DNA of 56,647 nt, filler included, from Catajapyx aquilonaris (GCA_000934665.2; 2 parts of 2 records of this genome joined end to end with filler, not necessarily neighbours in it); one strand, 5' to 3'; positions 25,527 through 36,925 are shown, counted from the first letter of the whole stretch. Made by a program: numbers and translations. The notes: generated by a model from the sequence alone, not told the origin.

Positions 25527-26045
25527 GTATGCGTGCACACTCTGTAAAAGGCGCATTTTTGGACACGGCAATGTCATGAGGCAGGAACGTGCACGAACGT
25601 GCCTGAAGGAATTGTCGTGTACCATTTGCGGGAAAACTTTCCGTCACCAGCACCACTAGGAGGTACATCATAGGTCTCACTCGAAGGAGAGGCCGTACCG
25701 TTGCCAGTAATGCGATAAGGCATACAAACATCAACATCACCTGGAGAGCCACAAGAAGAAGTGTCATCACTTAGGGTAAAGTAAGGTTGGATGGCAAATT
25801 TTCCAAACAATTTTTTGTACGAAGTTAGGTTCACCATTTCAACCAAAGTTTTGGGCCAATATCATTTTCGGTGTGGAAACCCCAGCCCGTAGACTTGAAA
25901 GGTGCTGGGGACAAGGTCTTTCGCTCCTTGGCGGGGGCCAAGCAGCACGAACAAAATAACGTATGTACACGCAAGCAGGGGGAACAGTGCCAACTCCGCC
26001 AAAGGTACTTTTTTGGTCACGGCAATATCATGAGGCAGGGACCAG
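25527..26045 (+). pseudogene. C2H2 zinc-finger gene relics (two paralogous pieces)
   Basis: YACTLC...FGHGNVMRQ...SCTICGKTFRHQHH*EVHHRSHSKERPYRCQ*CDKAYKHQHHLESH; second piece ...CQLRQRYFFGHGNIMRQ. Confidence 0.7.
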
Positions 26046-26059
26046 ACCCGCTCCTCTGA

Positions 26060-26500
26060 AGACACCTTGAATGTTAGTGACCCCAAGTCCAAGTTGGAAA
26101 ATGAGTGCCTCCATGACAGGTGCAACCTTTAAAATTTGCCAACTTTGTTAAGGTCTGTACGAGCGCTATTTTGAAGCCTTTGAGCCTGTTGCTGAGTTGG
26201 CAGCTCAGTATGGCCACGGTCGCCCCCCTACCACTGCATGTTAAACCCTATTGAGATGATATGGTCTCAAATCAAAAGAAGAGTTGCTGTTCACAATATT
26301 CGCCAACAACAGCTGGACAGTGTAGTGCGTTTATGGGAAGAGAGCATGAGGGTAGTGACATCTACACAGTGGCAAAACTGTCTCACACATTGAAGTTGAC
26401 TACTTAAAATTGCAACCGGCCGACGACGAGGCCCCTCGCCTTCAATTTATCGTCACGGAAAGTGCCGATTCCCATTCACCTATTGACAACGAAATTGGGT
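26060..26500 (+). mobile_element. Tc1/IS630-like transposase C-terminal fragment
   Basis: PPYHCMLNPIEMIWSQIKRRVA..N.....V..LWEE...VT..QW.NC..H. Confidence 0.75.
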
Positions 26501-26844
26501 ATGAATAATACAATTCTCCGAAATTCCTTGACTATCTCGGATTTCTCAAATACTCTGTAAAAAGTACATGACTTAGATGGTACCATTGCGAAACGAAATT
26601 CTTTCATCTCCACATCAAGTTTTTCTTTAAATGGCTGTTCCCGGGAGATTGAGGTTGAGCAAGCGATTTATTCATTTTCTGCAGTAACATAGTCGAAACC
26701 GCTAATAATAATTCCAAGCGTTAATTCCAGCCACCCAGAAGTGCCTGGCACCTTTCCCATGCTCCCTAACAATCAACTGCAACAGGGATTGTGGTACAAT
26801 AATCAACATGATGCACTTACACCGAAAGAGTGATATGTTCAAGG

Positions 26845-27320
26845 CATTGCAATGGCATAATCAAAGTTAGTGTTTCAGTTGAGCACCACTGAACCACTGC
26901 TTATGCCGGCATTCTGATTTACACCCGGGGCAATTGGCTCTATTAGGCCTGCTGAGCCACAGCCAGACAAGAGAGACGGGGATTCGTCTGACAGTGAGAA
27001 AGCTAGGATCTGGCATTGAGTTGTGAGAAAGGGCTAGGCATCCCAGGATCTCTACACTGGAGACGAAGGACTCTGAAGTGCACAGGAGACGAAACTTGTA
27101 ATCTCTTTCCCCTTTCTCCTGTGCTCACATTTATTGACTACTTCTTGAGTAAAGCAGCAATGTGCCGTATCTTTTAATGCAGGAGCCAGACACTGTTAAT
27201 TTCACCAGACACTACAGAGTAAATGGGAAGGAAAGGGAGGCGATGCTGCTTGAGAAGGTGAAGTTGAGGGGCAGCCCGGTGTATATAGACGAGGACTTCA
27301 GTGTGGCAACCAGGACTGTC
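26845..27320 (+). repeat. Direct repeat copy 2 (LTR-like TG...TACA ~26848-27216 + LINE ORF1 scrap)
   Basis: Same composite junction as 24998-25420; KVKLRGSPVYIDEDFSVATR. Confidence 0.9.
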
Positions 27321-27967
27321 ATGTCAATGTCCATTTTTGAGTCATTTTTTTTTTTATAAATAAGTTGAAGCAATGGTGAAATCAGTGTTCAGTTTGCCAT
27401 CATGATGCAATGTGGCGCAATGTTGCGCAAGTTTACGTCAGCAATGTGAGCGGGAACTTCTGGCGACGTCGCTGTTGCAGCTGTCGCTGCGACAACAATG
27501 CTTGGTGTACATTTAGCAGAGAAGATGTGTGACCTGTTCTGCCTTGGAGGTGATGTCCAAGCAGGGTGAACATTGGTGACTCCTCCCATGAACAATTTTC
27601 TGGTGAACCAGTTGTGCGGCAGCAATCAACCAGACGGAATGAAGTTGCAGCCAAACCAGTGTCAGTCAAAAAGATGAGAAGGTGCAGTTCACATGAATCA
27701 GCCTTTTGGAGGTGTTGTGTGTGATCAGCAGGAAGCCGTACACAAACTATGGGGTGGACCTTGCGGTCAGCGTGCGGCAAACACTTGCATCGATACCAGT
27801 CTTTGACTGGGGTATAGGAAGTTGGCCTACCCTCTTCCGGTGTGAGCCAGTAGAAGTGGTGTGGTCCGGCTGGATGGGAAAGCTCAGGGGCCCTGCCCAA
27901 GCTATCCCCCCGTTTTTGACTACACGTGCTCGCACCTTCCGTCCATGGGTCCTCACCTTGTGTTCCA

Positions 27968-28038
27968 CCTCGGTATACGATGATCCTGTCGGGGTAACAT
28001 GAGTTGACCTCATGATACTTCCGAAGGGCTTGCATCAT
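27968..28038 (-). pseudogene. Short PIWI-domain (Piwi/Ago3-like) gene fragment
   Basis: MMQALRKYHEVNSCYPDRIIVYR(G) resembles the PIWI-clade AL.KY.E.N...P.RIIVYRDG segment; only ~23 codons. Confidence 0.6.
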
Positions 28039-28138
28039 TCAGTGAGTGATCCACCTCGGAGTAAGTCCGTTGGGACGACTGGGGAACTGTTTTAAATTCT
28101 TTGCCGTTACTCTTTAATACTTTATCTGCATTTTACCT

Positions 28139-28238
28139 NNNNNNNNNNNNNNNNNNNNNNNNNNNNNNNNNNNNNNNNNNNNTTAATTAATTAANNNNNN
28201 NNNNNNNNNNNNNNNNNNNNNNNNNNNNNNNNNNNNNN
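28139..28238. other. Artificial contig linker (N44-TTAATTAATTAA-N44)
   Basis: Exactly 100 bp and symmetric; the core 28183-28194 gives stop codons in all six frames. Confidence 0.9.
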
Positions 28239-28240
28239 TT

Positions 28241-29695
28241 CTCTCAGACACCATGGCCTCAGGGGTCAGGTTCAAGCTCATGGCCACTCCGGCTCAAGGG
28301 CAGGGGGGCAGGGGACTCAGGCTCACCTCCGTCTGTTTCTTCTGCGATCGGGGCCAGCCTGACATCGTGGACTTCGGGCTCTACCGAGGTCAGGAGGTCA
28401 GGGGAAGAGACCTCTTCCCGGACATGACCAGGAACCTCAATGGAAGGGAGGTGGTGATGGGGAGTTATTTACCAGTGAATTTGGACGAGGCAAAGGACAG
28501 AATGAATCGTTTGGGTGTCATAGCATTACATCCTTTAGAGAGATCACTCATTTTAATAGAAGAAGGATTGAACTGCAAAGCGACTGTCTTTGTCACAGCT
28601 ATCACAGGAGGGGACTTTAAGAACCGGTTTCCCAACGGTACCTGGACAGGAAATGTGGGCGACATCGTGCGAAGAGTCACCAATTGTTCCATCAGTATGC
28701 TGAACTCTGAGTATGCCATTAGGATCCTGGAAATGTCCCGACCTATTTTGTTTTTGAGTGGAATTATGGTGACTCGGAAACCAAGGCCTATCATTACTTG
28801 GAAAGTGCTTATATACCCTTTCACACCGCTTATGTGGATCTCCGTATTTATCATTATCGGTTCCTGTGCTCTTGTATTTTGCTCCATGACCCCTGATCAG
28901 AACATGCCGATAATTCATACCTTCTGCTACTCGGCCTACCATCTTTTCCGCATTCTGATTGAGCAGCCAATGCCTGCTCCAACTGAGTCACTCTGTCGAT
29001 GTCTAACAGGATTGTTTTGGATCTTCGCAATCGTAGTGTGTTGTGGCTACAAGACCAAAGTAGTAGTATTCATAACTTCTCCATCAAAGGAGTTTGTGCC
29101 TGAGACCGTAGAAGAGCTGGTCAATTCAGATTTCAAGTGGGGGGTGACCTTTTTAGAGTACAGCATATTACAAAGCACAATTGATTTGAATAAAATAGGT
29201 GAATTTATTCCCATTTACCACAACATAATGAGCAAAACATTAATACTCGGGGATGCAAAGTCATGTATGGAGGAAACTCTCAAAGGAAACTTCGCTTGCA
29301 TAATTAGTAACATGTTTGCCGAGCAAGAGCGCGATGGATTTGTGAGCAGCAGAGGAGATCTGCTCCACTACCCACCAGTAGAGTTTATGAACATGTTCGT
29401 TGGTTGGGGATTTGGTAGAGGTGTGGTGCATTCTCCCAAGATGATTGAAATCGCACATTATTTTTTGCAGGCACATCTAGTTGGGAAGTGGGTTTCCGAC
29501 TTCAATTTCTTGCGTCATCTGCGTTCCAAGATGGAAAGAGCTAAACAAGATCTGGCAGAAGGCAATGCGTCAGTTTCCGTCTATTCTCTGTACGACCTGA
29601 GAGCCCAGTTTTACCTTTTATTAATAGGTGCTGCAATCAGTTTCAGCGTATTTGTGTTGGAATTTACGTGCCGTAAAATGTCACGCACATCATAA
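28241..29695 (+). CDS. Variant ionotropic receptor (IR), intronless, 5'-truncated at the contig start
   Basis: Open 480+ aa: LFPD..NLNGR, G...PNGTWTG.VGD (S1), PFTPLMW (M1), R.L.G.FW.F...YK (M2/3), P.TVEEL..S...WG (S2), C-terminal TM FYLLLIG...VFVLE. Confidence 0.85.
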   Translation, partial: LSDTMASGVRFKLMATPAQGQGGRGLRLTSVCFFCDRGQPDIVDFGLYRGQEVRGRDLFPDMTRNLNGREVVMGSYLPVNLDEAKDRMNRLGVIALHPLERSLILIEEGLNCKATVFVTAITGGDFKNRFPNGTWTGNVGDIVRRVTNCSISMLNSEYAIRILEMSRPILFLSGIMVTRKPRPIITWKVLIYPFTPLMWISVFIIIGSCALVFCSMTPDQNMPIIHTFCYSAYHLFRILIEQPMPAPTESLCRCLTGLFWIFAIVVCCGYKTKVVVFITSPSKEFVPETVEELVNSDFKWGVTFLEYSILQSTIDLNKIGEFIPIYHNIMSKTLILGDAKSCMEETLKGNFACIISNMFAEQERDGFVSSRGDLLHYPPVEFMNMFVGWGFGRGVVHSPKMIEIAHYFLQAHLVGKWVSDFNFLRHLRSKMERAKQDLAEGNASVSVYSLYDLRAQFYLLLIGAAISFSVFVLEFTCRKMSRTS

Positions 29696-31013
29696 GGCAG
29701 GAATCACCCCGTGCCATTGACGGATCTAAGTGTCTGCATTTTTATCCATCATCAATCATTACTCATTAGTTATCCTTTCCTAAAACTGCAAAGATTTATA
29801 ACTCACCATTCCAGATTATTTTCCATATTTCTGATTATTTTATGATTCATTTTGAAATCAATAATAAATGACTGGCATGATAAAGATGAATACAGTGCAT
29901 ATACAAACAGTTGGTGATCTAATAGTGTGGGATAAGTGTACAATAGCACACAGGGATACCTTCGAATGTAGGACCCTTAGGAATTGAAGGACATGAGGCT
30001 AAAGGACATGCTGTTAATGGAGATCTTCCTTTGGGTCCTTGGTCGAACATAAACTTCCTTCTCACCTGTACAGAACGTCAAAAAGATATCTTTCTGCCCC
30101 ATGAGGGTTTTTTTCCTGCACGGTTCTTCCGTTTCTTTTCACTTTCCAATATCTCCCTTCCTATTATACTGTATATCTCATCCTCCCTAGATAATATACG
30201 TAGGTATAGTTTCTTTGACTTCCCCAATCTGCCAACCAACCAAGCATATTGCTGCATGATTATTTTGGTAGAGTCTTTTGCGACATATACTTTGATTCAT
30301 TTCACTGGCTAAGAAGCCAGTACTATAATTATCATAGCCACATAGCTATGGCATCCTATAATGTACTGTACCATAAATAAATAGTGTTTTATGAAAAATG
30401 CCTGCACTTCGTTGATGCTACGTCAAAATTATATCGAAAAATTCATTGATATTTCAATTTTCTTTGCTCCGCCTTCGTGTCATTGTTTTCATGCCAAATC
30501 ATATTTTGACTTAAATGTCACCAAGTACCAGTTGGTTATTTCTACTGGTTTGCATGCTGCTTGGTTTCGTTTCATCAAATCTCAAAATTTAGTCCTCCAA
30601 AACAGTATATCCGTCCATTTTATTTGTATTTGCCAGATATTATTTTGCTTTAAACGAAAAGGCTAATGAAGCAGTAATCACCCCCTCACCATTGACAGAC
30701 CTGAAGGTGTGAATGTTTATGCATCAACCATTAGTGATCCTTTCCCACTTTGCCAAATTGAATATTGATATACTGTAACTTACATATAGCAGAGCATTTC
30801 ACCTTGACGACATTGCACTGTGTATTGATTGCGCACATGTAGCATATCCAGGAAACTCCGATTTGAAATGGAAGTGACTGCCGTATACTGAATATTAAAC
30901 TATAGTAGCACATTAAATTACATTCGAGGAGGACCAGAGCCCGTCACAAATTCAATCGGTGTAAATCATCGTCGGTACATATATAGCTACATAATAAATT
31001 ATACAGTATTATA

Positions 31014-31957
31014 CAGGGTGATCCAACTCTATGGCACCAACAGTTATTGGAAAAATCAGCAAGCTGCTTGTTTATAAGCAGGTCGTTGAATGCTAAGAGA
31101 TCAATAAGAGTTACTTTCTGGAGAATCGGGAAGAGCACCTGCTGATATTAGGTCCAATGCCCATGTAACAATTAATGAGGTAAAAAAGGGTCATCCGTGT
31201 GGGAAACTGGCTGTGTTCTGGTGTTCGCTGGAGGGTTTCACATGAGGTCACTAGCTGTCAAACCAGAGGCCTAATCCGTCGGAACTGGACAGACCCGGGC
31301 AGGACCCGGGTGTGTCAATAAATAGAGGCCTTCTGGTCTGTTCATTGTTGGCCGCAGTTGGCGCAACTGAGACAGGTCAACACTTTGGGTCAACAGGCAG
31401 CGTCGTTTAGTTACCAGTAAATAAATAGTTCTTGTAGAGTCAGGACATGCGTTACTCAGGGGGCCTGTTCGAGGCCCGCCCAAGGGCTTCTTGGGTTCTA
31501 ACAGTACAGTCTGCATTGGGCATTCTCTCATTAATTGGTACATCTATGGGCATTGGACCTAATATCAGCAGGTGCTAAGCCTGGTAACTAAACAACGCTG
31601 CCTGTTGACCTGTCTCAGTTGCGCCAACTGCGGCCTACAATGCACAGACCAGAAGGCCTATTTATTGACACACCCGGGTCTGTCCCGTTCCGACGGATTA
31701 GGCCTGTGGTTTGGCAGCTAGTGACCTCATGTGAAACCCTCCAGCGAACACCAGAACACAGCCAGTTTCCCACACGGATGACCCTTTTTTTCCTTCATTA
31801 ATATTGTTACATGGGCATTGGACCTAATATTAGCAGGTGCTATTCCCGATTCTCCAGAAAGAGCCAGAAAGCATCTCTTAGCAACGACCTGCTTATAAAC
31901 AAGCAGCTTGCGCGATTTTTCCAATAACTACTGGTGCCACAGAGTTGGATCACCCTG
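31014..31957. mobile_element. Tc1/mariner-type foldback MITE
   Basis: TA|CAGGGTGATCCAACTCT...AGAGTTGGATCACCCTG|TA; ~400-bp inverted arms. Confidence 0.9.
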
Positions 31958-32949
31958 TATAAATGATAATAATAATATTACTGTAAGAAGATGCTATAAG
32001 TTTATGGCAGAGTAAAAATTATTTCTTTTTGCGCTCCAAATGTAAAATATGCCGATGGCTAATTAGGGATTTTAGCTATAAATGATTATTACTTAAATTA
32101 AACCATACATGTATAGGCTACTGTGTCAAATATGACTTGTGGAGACATTTTTCGACAAAACTGTTAATTTGCATGATAATGTGCAACTTTTTATGTAACA
32201 GGAATTTAAATGATAATGGCTTGGAGTGTTGTTCATTATTGACATGTCACATTATTGTACGGTATATTTACTTCTGAAACTAATGATGCACCAATGTTTC
32301 AATAAGGTGTAATTTTTCCCAGTGCACTTGCTGTATGATGCTTTTGATTGGCAAGTAATTGCGAAAATACCATTTTAAATTCAACAAGTGATTTTTGTCA
32401 TTTTAAATATTTAATCCGGATTTACGCATAATTACTCTTCTTGTTGACGTACTCTTTTGAAGTGTAATGAAGACAACTGCTTCAGAGTGGAAAATGGCCA
32501 GTGCAACGTACCAGTAAGCTTGTCTTTGATCACCTGCTGATTAGTACGAGATTACATGAATCCACGAATGTGAATCACTCCTTCAGGGAAACCTCCCGCC
32601 CATGATAGGAGCCGGCGTGTTCGCAGCATGTTTTAGTGAGTCATGAGATAAATATTTTCCAATACCTTGTTGCTTTTTAGAAAATCCTAAACAAGTGTCC
32701 GGTGTTTTTAATATATTCCGTTTGTTTTGCAGTAAATCTGGCAGTGTGGTTGTTATGTAACTGTGCAGCTCAGCCACAAAGAGAGCCAATAAAAAGACCT
32801 TCAAGAGAAGTACGCCTAAAATCAATTGCAGCACTGTTAAATTTATTCATAATTATTCCAGATGTATAAATAAGACGAATATTACATGGATTTAGGCGAG
32901 GCGTCTAATAAGTGATCAATAATATTGCGATATGGCGATGTTACATTAA

Positions 32950-33200
32950 GGCTAAGGCAAGTTCCGTCTTCAAAGCACAAAGGAGAGCATTAAAAAATTC
33001 GCAAGAAGCCGTTAAAATATTAATTCCTGAAGCAGATAAGAGATCCGATAAAGAGCGGCACAAAATCAATAACATTTAATGTTTGTTCACTATCTTCATC
33101 CATTAAGTCCCATTCCAGTTGTCACAATCACTCCTGCCCAATATTTATGCAAGAAGCAGAAGCTATGTGAGATCTTGATCATAAAAATGTAGTGAAAAAT
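32950..33200 (+). pseudogene. Tyrosine-kinase relic (subdomains II-IV), paralogue of the downstream kinases
   Basis: QEAVKILIPEA, then a cattccag acceptor and MQEAEAM*DLDHKNVVK, matching exon context at 46833-46905. Confidence 0.5.
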
Positions 33201-33240
33201 GAAAAGGAATCAACAGTTACAGCTTGTGGCTCTCATCATG

Positions 33241-33902
33241 TCATATCATTATCTTCAATAAAGCTGAAAAATATGATCGGCAATTAATACTATTCTGTTC
33301 TGGAATAGGCTATGAGTGTTGTCACATTACCCTCGTAATTGATGTCTCCATCTCCATCCAGTTCAGCTACATCAATGATCTTATCAGCTTCTTCTTCTGT
33401 CATCACATCTCCAGTCGTAGTTAGCATGATCCTCAGATTTTCCTTAGTGATCGTGCCATCTCCTTTCCTGTCAAAGGCTTCGAAGGCTGTCATATATTCA
33501 TCAAATCCAGTTCGATTCTGCCATTGGACAATGAACATAGGCAAGAAATTGTCGTACTTGATGTAGTTTTTTGCTGCAAGAAAATGTGTCATAGTTTTCA
33601 TAGCTATAATTACAGACGCCATCATCAATCATTTTGGGCCAGGTTATGTCTTCGATTATGCATGCGTTCACAGTCTCAATTTGTGTTCATAAAAGTGGCC
33701 TTTATTATTTTTTTAAAATAATCGTACCATCAGGCTCCAAATCGGCGATGATCTTGTCCAATTCAGCATAAGTTGGGTGAATGCCCAGTGATCTCATGAC
33801 GGTACCCAAGTGACGTGATTTTATAGTTCCATTTCTCTTTTCATCAAACACTGAAAACGCTTCTTTAATCTCATCCAGCTGATCTGCCGTAAATTCCTCC
33901 GT
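33241..33902 (-). CDS. Divergent calmodulin-like EF-hand protein; exons 33902-33728, 33573-33331, 33263-33241; ATG-only first exon upstream (candidate 34871-34869)
   Basis: TEEFTADQLDEIKEAFSVFD..GTI...LGTVMRSLG.HPT.AEL...AFEAFDRKGDG.I....LR..LT..G..MTEEE.D..I..A..DGDG.INYE; GT-AG introns in calmodulin-typical positions (175- and 243-bp exons). Confidence 0.85.
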
Positions 33903-33997
33903 CTGCAGACATAATAAACATTTGCTTTAATATTAAAAAGTGTATACAGAACAGTATAATCCGTGCTTGAAAAATAAAGTGTTCATTTTATATCAAA

Positions 33998-34310
33998 CTA
34001 GATGCGGCACCCGGCGTTGCCCGGGAAGAAATGAATGAAGGGAAAACACCTGCCAGTACCCCCGTCAACTGTCTGTCTTTCTGTCTGTCCGCCCACCAAT
34101 GCCATCTGTGGTCCTCCTACTCCAACTCCTTCAACCTCTCCCGCCTGTATAACGCTCAGGTATAACGCCAACCGTGATTTGCCTGTCATCTGGCGGGAAC
34201 CCCCAACACCACCATCCTCTCCCAGCTGGGGGTGGAGCACAGATGGCAGGCAAATCACGGTTGGCAGGCGGACAGACAGACAGACTGCCAGACTGCTTTA
34301 TTTACATAGA
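33998..34310 (-). mobile_element. Non-autonomous Helitron-like element
   Basis: Minus strand starts TCTAT, contains (CTGT)n, ends with hairpin CCCGGGCAACGCCGGG then CTAG|T. Confidence 0.6.
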
Positions 34311-35817
34311 AATGCTTGAACATAATCAATAAGAGAGGCTGCGCATTGAAAATATTTGTTTGTTACAAATTAATTATAAAAATTACGACGTGACACTTCG
34401 TTGTAGGAAATTACGCACATATAAAACTACTCTTCGTCCCAATAATGTATACAGTATAAGGTGCAATATATATATATTTTTTTTACCTCTGATCCATACG
34501 ATCCGTTCTCCATTTTATCGAACAGGAACAAAATCCTCAGACTCTTGTTATTTACTAATCAAACGCAAGATGCCAATAGTGTAGCTGCTGGGCAATCCAA
34601 AGACATTGACAACGCGTTTTTGAGCGAAATAAAATTGCTAACAAATTATTGTGCTGATTCATAGATCAGTTTTTTTGTGTGCTCTAGGTGAAAATATAGC
34701 TCGCTTACTTTCCGTTCATTTGATACAATATTACAATCGAATCCTGATATAACAGACTTCAACTCTTCAAGTGATGGCGGAAAAAGTAGTACACAATAAA
34801 CGAGGTCTGTTATAGCCAAATCGCCCCCTTTCTCAAGAATACGCCGTTTCCGTTTTCCATATGCCTACCATGCACATTACTGCATACTGATTAAATGAAA
34901 CTATGATACAAAAAAAAAACACACACACAATTTTCTTGAATTCAAACGGCCGCCAGCCTAGGTGACGTCACGAGATGACTGCGAGCGGATTGGCCGGGGG
35001 GGCTGTTTACAAAGTTGCAATTTATAAAGTTTCTAAACATTTTAATTAAAAGCGGAATTTAATACGATAATTATTCCTAAAACACGGTAATAATTGTTGA
35101 AGGCTGCGGTGTTTCTCGTATCGGGATGAATCGGGGGATGTTGCAACGCTGCGCTGGCTGGATTCAAGTCTCAACATGTTTGCATGTTGGGCTCGCTGGG
35201 CATAAGCCTCAAGGTCGCGGCCTTATTGTTCGACGCAAGAACCTGTCTCCGGAAGTGGACGAGCCAAGGTGAACAGCTACCTTTCACTTTTTGGGTCCCT
35301 TTATTGTCCTTGAGCTAGGTATTAAAATAACTGGTTGCTGTCCAGTGTCCAGGGAGGGAGGCTTTTGACTACTTTTTTGGACTTTGGATCCTCCTGAGTA
35401 GCTGACCTGTCGAAATCTGACCCTCCGGTGCTGAGGGTGCTGCTCCTTTGTTCAGTTGGAGAAGGGTAGGAGCAGGTCTTTTAGCTGCATCAGAAGAGGT
35501 TGCATGCTGTGCAGTTTACTGGAGGATTTTATTGCATTGGGTTGAGCATGTTGGTGGCGGTGTTCATTTGGAATTTTGCTAATATAAACTTAAGCGCGAC
35601 TAAAAAGGCACGGAGAGTAGGTCCGTGCCAACCCAACTGTTGACATGTTGTGCCGTGTTGTGCTGTTGGTGCAGAGGAATTCCCATGCTTTCATAGGATT
35701 TAATTTCCATTTGTGAACCAGCGTCGACAATGGCAGTACTCCGGTAATGAGCTCCTCAAATTAATCAGCTAATTTTTTGGACTATGTTACGTGCTAGTGG
35801 TATATGAGCCATTCCAG

Positions 35818-36925
35818 CGTTACGGACGTTATCATCGCAAGCGCAAAGGGGGAAAGATGGCTGCTTCCACGATGGTGCATGCGAGTGATGATGAAATGGG
35901 TATGGCCTAAGGAACAATAAGGATGTGTGCTTTCATATACACCATGAACCGACCTCCTACATTGACACACGAGAGGGACAGTCGCGTTATTGTGCTCGTT
36001 ACCTGATTTGAACACCCGAGGGGGGTTAAAGTATACGAAATTCCTGCGAATTATGTCAGGTTATGGAACTTTCTTCTACAGGGTCCATTGCAAGAACGGT
36101 GTGTTCGTATAATGACTTGACTCGTAGAGCAATTGCAGCCATAGTTCGCCAACAATGGACAAATGTTTCCTGCGTTACGGACGTTATCCCGGCGTTACGG
36201 ACGTTACCCGATCGACACGGGCGTAACAACACCTTACTAAATAGGCTTTAGAAGTCGACTCGAAGTACTGTGCGTGGCATACATATAATATGAAACAACA
36301 GCATCAACTCAGTAAATATTTTAATGTGATTGGGTAAACGAAACAGGTTACAGTATATGTTCTTTTTACTAATAATGAACACTGTAATGGAGGGTCATAA
36401 TTTAAACCAAAAACATACATTCGTCATCAATCATGTCAGCAAGCTCAGACAATGTGCATGACATACAAAAATGTGACACAAAAAAGGGTATGATCATTAG
36501 CTCTTGATATGACATGAAAATGTGGGCATACAAAAAAATGCGTATGACATACAAAACTGTGCATTACATATACTGAAAAATTAACCTACTTCCAGTAATT
36601 AATGCTATATTGCATTGCCACATTGAATTTTCGTATTTAATTAGCGCATTTTAATTGGCATGATATGATGGCATTATGGGGTCTTGATCATGTTCATGAT
36701 TATTCGTTTTGGATGCAGTTAGATATCGAGCAAGTTCCGTTACGGACGTAACAGCTAACGTCCGTAATGCACATTAGCCCATTAATAGACATTAATTTCA
36801 GGAAATTGTGTCATCATATCATTTCCCTTGATGACCCAAAATTAGATACGAAGAATGGTGGCGATCGACAACTTATCCTCCATGTGACAGGAACTTTGTT
36901 GTGTTCTCGTTACGGACGTTACCCG
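35818..36925. repeat. Dispersed CGTTACGGACGT(T/A)A motif array, probably subterminal repeats of a non-autonomous DNA transposon
   Basis: Copies near 35818, 36173, 36193, 36738, 36908 and an inverted copy near 36757. Confidence 0.5.

Noticed and set aside
26540..26845. Harbinger transposase N-terminus on the minus strand
   Set aside because: Only a weak RHFWV..IN resemblance; insufficient
24998..27320. Full LTR retrotransposon bounded by two LTRs
   Set aside because: The repeat extends ~100 bp past the LTR-like end in both copies, and the interior has no PBS/gag/pol, only ZNF and Tc1 scraps
27433..28038. 201-aa ORF as a Piwi gene
   Set aside because: Only the first ~23 codons are PIWI-like; the rest is unrelated mosaic sequence
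28183..28194. TTAATTAATTAA as a biological motif
   Set aside because: Centred in symmetric N runs; an artificial stop-codon linker
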